From Candidatus Thermosaccharophagus tengchongensis (GTDB taxonomy: Bacteria > Armatimonadota > Fervidibacteria > Fervidibacterales > Thermosaccharophagaceae): a DNA stretch of 64,000 nucleotides. Below the pieces are notes generated by a model. The model saw only the letters and a list, made by a program, of their open reading frames with translations. It searched no databases and was not told the origin of the DNA. Below, piece after piece: positions 60,006-64,000 of the stretch (the stretch's first letter is position 1; the number at the start of each line of letters is the position of its first letter). The stretch lies in NCBI GenBank assembly GCA_032161105.1, contig JAVHTD010000006.1. The stretch is one strand, 5' to 3'. The translations under genes were made by a program, and so were the position numbers.

Positions 60006-63000
60006 TCACTTTTCTCCTTTCACATACGGATAACGAAACACGGCTGAGTTTCCGGCAGCATCAAACACGCGCACTTCAAGCACGCCCTCACCGGAGGGCA
60101 ACCTATCAACCGGCACTATGAGTTCCTCATCGCGTGAGTCAAAGCTGCCGTCAGCGCTCATCAGCGGATACCACCTATCGCCGAGTTTGAATTCCGCCCT
60201 TGCCACCCATGTGGTTTCATCGCGGACGAATATGCGATGCAGCAGTGAAACTGCTACAGTGCTTCCTTCCGGCTTCGGCGAAATGGCAATTGGCGGCGTA
60301 TTGTCAACGATGAAGCTCGGCGAGATGGTCTCCGTGAGAATCGGGTTGAGCGGATTGCTCAGTGCATCCGAGGCGACAATTTTTAGGATGTATTTCCCAT
60401 CGGGGAATTGCGTTGTGTCCCATTCAAACTTCTCCTGCTGCCAACTTTGCTCCGGCGCAGCACCCTCGGATGTAACCTGCTCGACCAACTCCTCGGAGAT
60501 TTCCGGCATCGGTGGCGTTTCAACAGTTATGCCAGTCTCACCCTTCTGCGGTGCTGGCTGCCCCTTGTCCTTCTGAGTTGCCGTTTCATTGGCACCTTTG
60601 CCATCCGGTTTCTTTTCCTCCTTAGGCTTGACCTCTTTGATGCGCCGCCAAGTCTTGCCGCCATCATTTGAGCAGTAAAGCTCAAACTCAAGCTCATCCT
60701 GATTGGCATCGTATGCCTTCCACTCAACCGTCACAGTTTTTGAGAGCACAGCACCGGGAGACGGCGCAACGAATTGAACGGTTGGGGCGACATTAACCGG
60801 CGTGAACGAGACCATAGCCCCATAAAGCCTTGGCGGGTTGTTCGTGGCATTGCCATCGCATTTGATCCTAATGCGCCATTGCAGCGCCCTTGCAGAGGGC
60901 GACCTGATTACAAAGCCATCGCCAGACAAGTCGGCATTCTCCCAATCACTCCATGTTTCATCCGGTGCCTCACTGTTGCCCGAGCGCGTTTCAACCGTTA
61001 CCTCAGCATTGCCTGCGATGTCCGCAGTGCACTTGAGCAAACGCCAGTCGGCAACGCATGGGAGCATGAACACAGGTGAAGTGTATTCGCCAATGCTTGC
61101 CTTAGCCAACTCAACAATCCTGCCGCTGATTGACATGACGCCGATCAAGCCGTTGGCTCCCTTGACAAGCCGGGTTACAAACTCATTGCTCAACTTGAGC
61201 GCCTGTCCATATACGCCGTCAGCGTCAATCAAGTAAATGGCATGCGGCATAATGCCGCTCACAATGAGAGCGCCATCCGATGAGAGGATGATGTCGGCAA
61301 TGTGCCTTGACGGCGTATCATATAGCAGCTTGCTTTCCCCATCGTCGGAGAGGCGAAATACCTCCCCATGTGGCGTTGTGCCAATGTAAACACGACCATC
61401 CGAAGATGCGCAGAGAGCCGATATTGCGCCCCTCTTCGTTTCCCAGACAAGTCTGTAACTACCATCGGGCGATATGCGCCATAACCTGCCCATCGGGTAT
61501 GTGCCAGCGTATATTGAGCCATCGCCGCAAACTACAAGCGCCATCACATGCTCATCAAGCGCCTCAGTGAGGGGTTTTAAGCGACCATCTTTTGCAACCC
61601 GAAACACGCGCCCCGGTAGACCGGTTGCAATTAGCACATCGCCAGATGGCAGGGAATGCATTTTCCAAATGTGCTTGCAGTTGAGCTTCAGCCAAACCTT
61701 CGGCAAAGCCATATCACCGTCGGTGACCTTTACGGAGTAAATTTCGCCATTCGGCGATGTGCCAATGAGCAGCTCGTCCACAAGCGGGAGCAAAGCTGTA
61801 GGTATGCAATTCAAGTTGCCATCTTTGCAGAGGCTGCAAACTCGCTTTGCAGAGCCATTTGAGATGGCGTAAACAGCACCGCTTTGCCATGAGCACACAT
61901 ACAGAGTCCCGCCCTCCGAAACGGCAGCTTGCCATATGCCACCGTCACCTAAGTCGGCAATGTCAACCGCCTTCAAGCCGATGCGCACAGAGCCATCGCT
62001 TGCCACAAATGCGCCATCGCACCTGCCCCTCATCAAATCCTTCTGCGACTTAATTTCAATCCTGCGAGCCTTCAGGGCATCTTTGGGCAAGCGCTGGAAA
62101 GTGCCATCATCGCGCCTTCCTTGAGCCCCTTCGCCTTGAGCCCCCTTTGCAGCCCCCTGTTCACTCTCATCCGCCTCAGGTTCACTTGTCTGCTCACCAT
62201 CACCCTCATCCTGAAGCGAGAGTCTGCTCGGCTTTCGCATGCGGAGCAACTCAAACGGCATACCGCTTGAACTGGCTTCACCATCGCCCCACATACCGAA
62301 CAACCTCCCAACCTGCTCAATGAGTTCCAGTCCCCCTTCAACCTGGCGCACGCGAGCCCTCTCAAGTTCGGGCGATGGCTGTGGCACTTCCTTTGGGTAA
62401 TCCGGTTCAATCTTGATGCTTAGCACCTTCATCCCACGCACTACACACCCAACATCAACATGCTCAGAGAGCTCGCCATAGCCGACACGAAGCATGTCGT
62501 CGCCGGCTGCGCTCATCACTTCAAGGATGTTAAACGGCATGTTGTTTGCGACCGTTCCGTTGACACAAGCATCCATGTTGGGCAATTGGAGGCACACGAA
62601 TAGCTGGTCATTTCTCTCCCTGCTCACCAGCTCCTCAATGAGTTGCGCAAGTGAATTTGGGCGGCGCTGCAGTATCCCGAGGCGATTGCGCAAGCGCTGT
62701 GCATCTGCGCCGCCACAAACGCCTATGCGCACAGTGCACGCATGCTTAACATCCGGCAGGCGAACTTTGACCTCCTTTTGCTCCCAGCCGGATTGAGCAT
62801 GTCGCATGTGTATTGTGAGCTTTAGCTCCTCGCCCGGGCGCGCCACACGCTTATCACACAAAACGCGCTCAATGAATGCCTCACGCACTCTGCTCGTGTT
62901 CTCAAGTCTTACAATGACGCTCTTAACATTTGCCCTCTCAAACCTGTTCTCCTCAAGCAAAAGCAGCGTTTGAATCAGCTCCGAGGTTGATGGCATTGAG

Positions 63001-64000
63001 TAGCCCAAAAGCCTCTCAAACAAGCTCATCTTGCCCTCAACGAATGCGTTTTGTCGCCTCATCTTGGGCAAGCCATCGGCGCTTATCTCGTAGGAGACAA
63101 ATGTGGTCCCGCAGGGCGCCTCACTGGTCACATTTGTGAATGCGAGCGCGATGAGCAAGTCAACCAATGGCACGGTCAATTCGCGATGCCTGAAGACGGA
63201 CACATTGAAGGTCCGCTCAATACCTCTATCCCTATCGCCAACCGAGATGCGCAGTTGAAGCATTTTTGAGCGCAACCCGACAACGCCAGCCATCGCAAAT
63301 GCCCTATCCTGAGTGAATGTGCCAACTGCTTTAATCGGCGAAGCGAGTTTGATGGACATGTATTGGCTCGGCAATACACCGTGCACATAGGCAGTTGTAA
63401 GGGGCATGCTCGTCTCGCCGGAGAGGAGCAACGGATGCCCGAATGCTATAACGATGTCGCCTTTGCGGTATGTGAGCGTCCCTATTGCCGTTATCTCAAT
63501 GTCCCCACATGTGAGCTGTGCGCCAATTGGCGCACCCGGCTCAAGCATTGCTTTGAGCGCTGAGGCATTAGCCGGTCTGCCGGGTGAGAGAACAGGGATG
63601 AGCGCATACGGCTGAAGGAGTTTTTTCAAGCGCTCAAGCGATGCCTTCGGCATACCGTAAACCATCAAAGGCGTCGCAACCGGAATGAGCAACATTTCGT
63701 CTTGGGGAACTTTCGTCCCGTCCACATCCAATGGGCATGTGCTCAGCTTCACCGAGCTTATGCGTTTGCCTGAGAGAATGATGCTGCCATTCACCGGCTT
63801 CAAATTTATGGTCTTTGGCACAGCCGCGGCGGCAGCCATCTTTTGCGGCATGGTTGATTCAACCATGCTCCTTATCGGCGTCACGCCAGCTATGGGCGCT
63901 TTTGAGAAAGGATACGCATATGCAACCGCCCCAACAAGCTTGCCGGCAATGTAGACCGGAGAGCCGCTCATGCCGGAGACAACACCCCAACCGTTTGAAA
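60006..64000 (-). CDS. SpoIVB/S55 peptidase domain fused to beta-propeller and Ig-like domains (5' end outside the window)
   Basis: The frame is open to the window edge and reads GVVSGMSGSPVY (S55 catalytic Ser motif), then IGTLTY...AFGHP. Propeller repeats (IYAGTYP.GRLWRI) and C-terminal WDTTQFPDGKY...VDNTPP follow. Confidence 0.85.
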   Translation of the reverse strand, partial: SNGWGVVSGMSGSPVYIAGKLVGAVAYAYPFSKAPIAGVTPIRSMVESTMPQKMAAAAAVPKTINLKPVNGSIILSGKRISSVKLSTCPLDVDGTKVPQDEMLLIPVATPLMVYGMPKASLERLKKLLQPYALIPVLSPGRPANASALKAMLEPGAPIGAQLTCGDIEITAIGTLTYRKGDIVIAFGHPLLLSGETSMPLTTAYVHGVLPSQYMSIKLASPIKAVGTFTQDRAFAMAGVVGLRSKMLQLRISVGDRDRGIERTFNVSVFRHRELTVPLVDLLIALAFTNVTSEAPCGTTFVSYEISADGLPKMRRQNAFVEGKMSLFERLLGYSMPSTSELIQTLLLLEENRFERANVKSVIVRLENTSRVREAFIERVLCDKRVARPGEELKLTIHMRHAQSGWEQKEVKVRLPDVKHACTVRIGVCGGADAQRLRNRLGILQRRPNSLAQLIEELVSRERNDQLFVCLQLPNMDACVNGTVANNMPFNILEVMSAAGDDMLRVGYGELSEHVDVGCVVRGMKVLSIKIEPDYPKEVPQPSPELERARVRQVEGGLELIEQVGRLFGMWGDGEASSSGMPFELLRMRKPSRLSLQDEGDGEQTSEPEADESEQGAAKGAQGEGAQGRRDDGTFQRLPKDALKARRIEIKSQKDLMRGRCDGAFVASDGSVRIGLKAVDIADLGDGGIWQAAVSEGGTLYVCSWQSGAVYAISNGSAKRVCSLCKDGNLNCIPTALLPLVDELLIGTSPNGEIYSVKVTDGDMALPKVWLKLNCKHIWKMHSLPSGDVLIATGLPGRVFRVAKDGRLKPLTEALDEHVMALVVCGDGSIYAGTYPMGRLWRISPDGSYRLVWETKRGAISALCASSDGRVYIGTTPHGEVFRLSDDGESKLLYDTPSRHIADIILSSDGALIVSGIMPHAIYLIDADGVYGQALKLSNEFVTRLVKGANGLIGVMSISGRIVELAKASIGEYTSPVFMLPCVADWRLLKCTADIAGNAEVTVETRSGNSEAPDETWSDWENADLSGDGFVIRSPSARALQWRIRIKCDGNATNNPPRLYGAMVSFTPVNVAPTVQFVAPSPGAVLSKTVTVEWKAYDANQDELEFELYCSNDGGKTWRRIKEVKPKEEKKPDGKGANETATQKDKGQPAPQKGETGITVETPPMPEISEELVEQVTSEGAAPEQSWQQEKFEWDTTQFPDGKYILKIVASDALSNPLNPILTETISPSFIVDNTPPIAISPKPEGSTVAVSLLHRIFVRDETTWVARAEFKLGDRWYPLMSADGSFDSRDEELIVPVDRLPSGEGVLEVRVFDAAGNSAVFRYPYVKGEK

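Noticed and set aside
42655..64000. Endospore formation inferred from spoVS and the SpoIVB-like domain
   Set aside because: Both families occur in non-sporulating bacteria, and no core sporulation regulators are in the window.
1..64000. CRISPR array, rRNA, tRNA, prophage or defence island
   Set aside because: No regularly spaced nucleotide repeats, RNA-gene signatures, integrase, or phage/defence genes were recognised.

Overview
Gene-dense bacterial chromosome window. I infer a diderm, probably thermophilic Terrabacteria lineage such as Armatimonadota, from the combination of Lpt genes, a DUF1559 prepilin, Bacillus-like recA-rny-ymdB-spoVS synteny and large secreted glycoside-hydrolase-like proteins. 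Housekeeping and envelope genes: rfbF-dehydratase-GT2-lptC/A/B/FG, nth, accA, recA-recX-rny-ymdB-spoVS, tatD, ftsH, tilS, coaBC and an ADP-forming acyl-CoA synthetase. The most striking feature is a co-oriented ~13 kb minus-strand cluster (23.0-36.4 kb) resembling a non-canonical Tol/Ton ion-motive-force system. It encodes ExbB/TolQ, ExbD/TolR, a TonB/TolA-like anchored protein with an SxxxH transmembrane helix whose C-terminus is DUF4159 rather than TonB_C, a ~900-aa CpoB-like TPR protein, and a TolB-like propeller carrying five NBR1-type Ig repeats. HtrA, an AlkP-superfamily enzyme and a beta-helix protein are also present; no Pal or TonB-dependent receptor is seen. Other notable features: a stand-alone soluble MtrA-like corrinoid protein, a giant SpoIVB/S55 peptidase-propeller fusion cut by the window end, two pseudogene remnants (IS transposase, glycoside hydrolase) and apparent avoidance of several 4-5 bp palindromes. 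No rRNA, tRNA or CRISPR array was seen. All family calls come from motif recognition by eye, not database searches.
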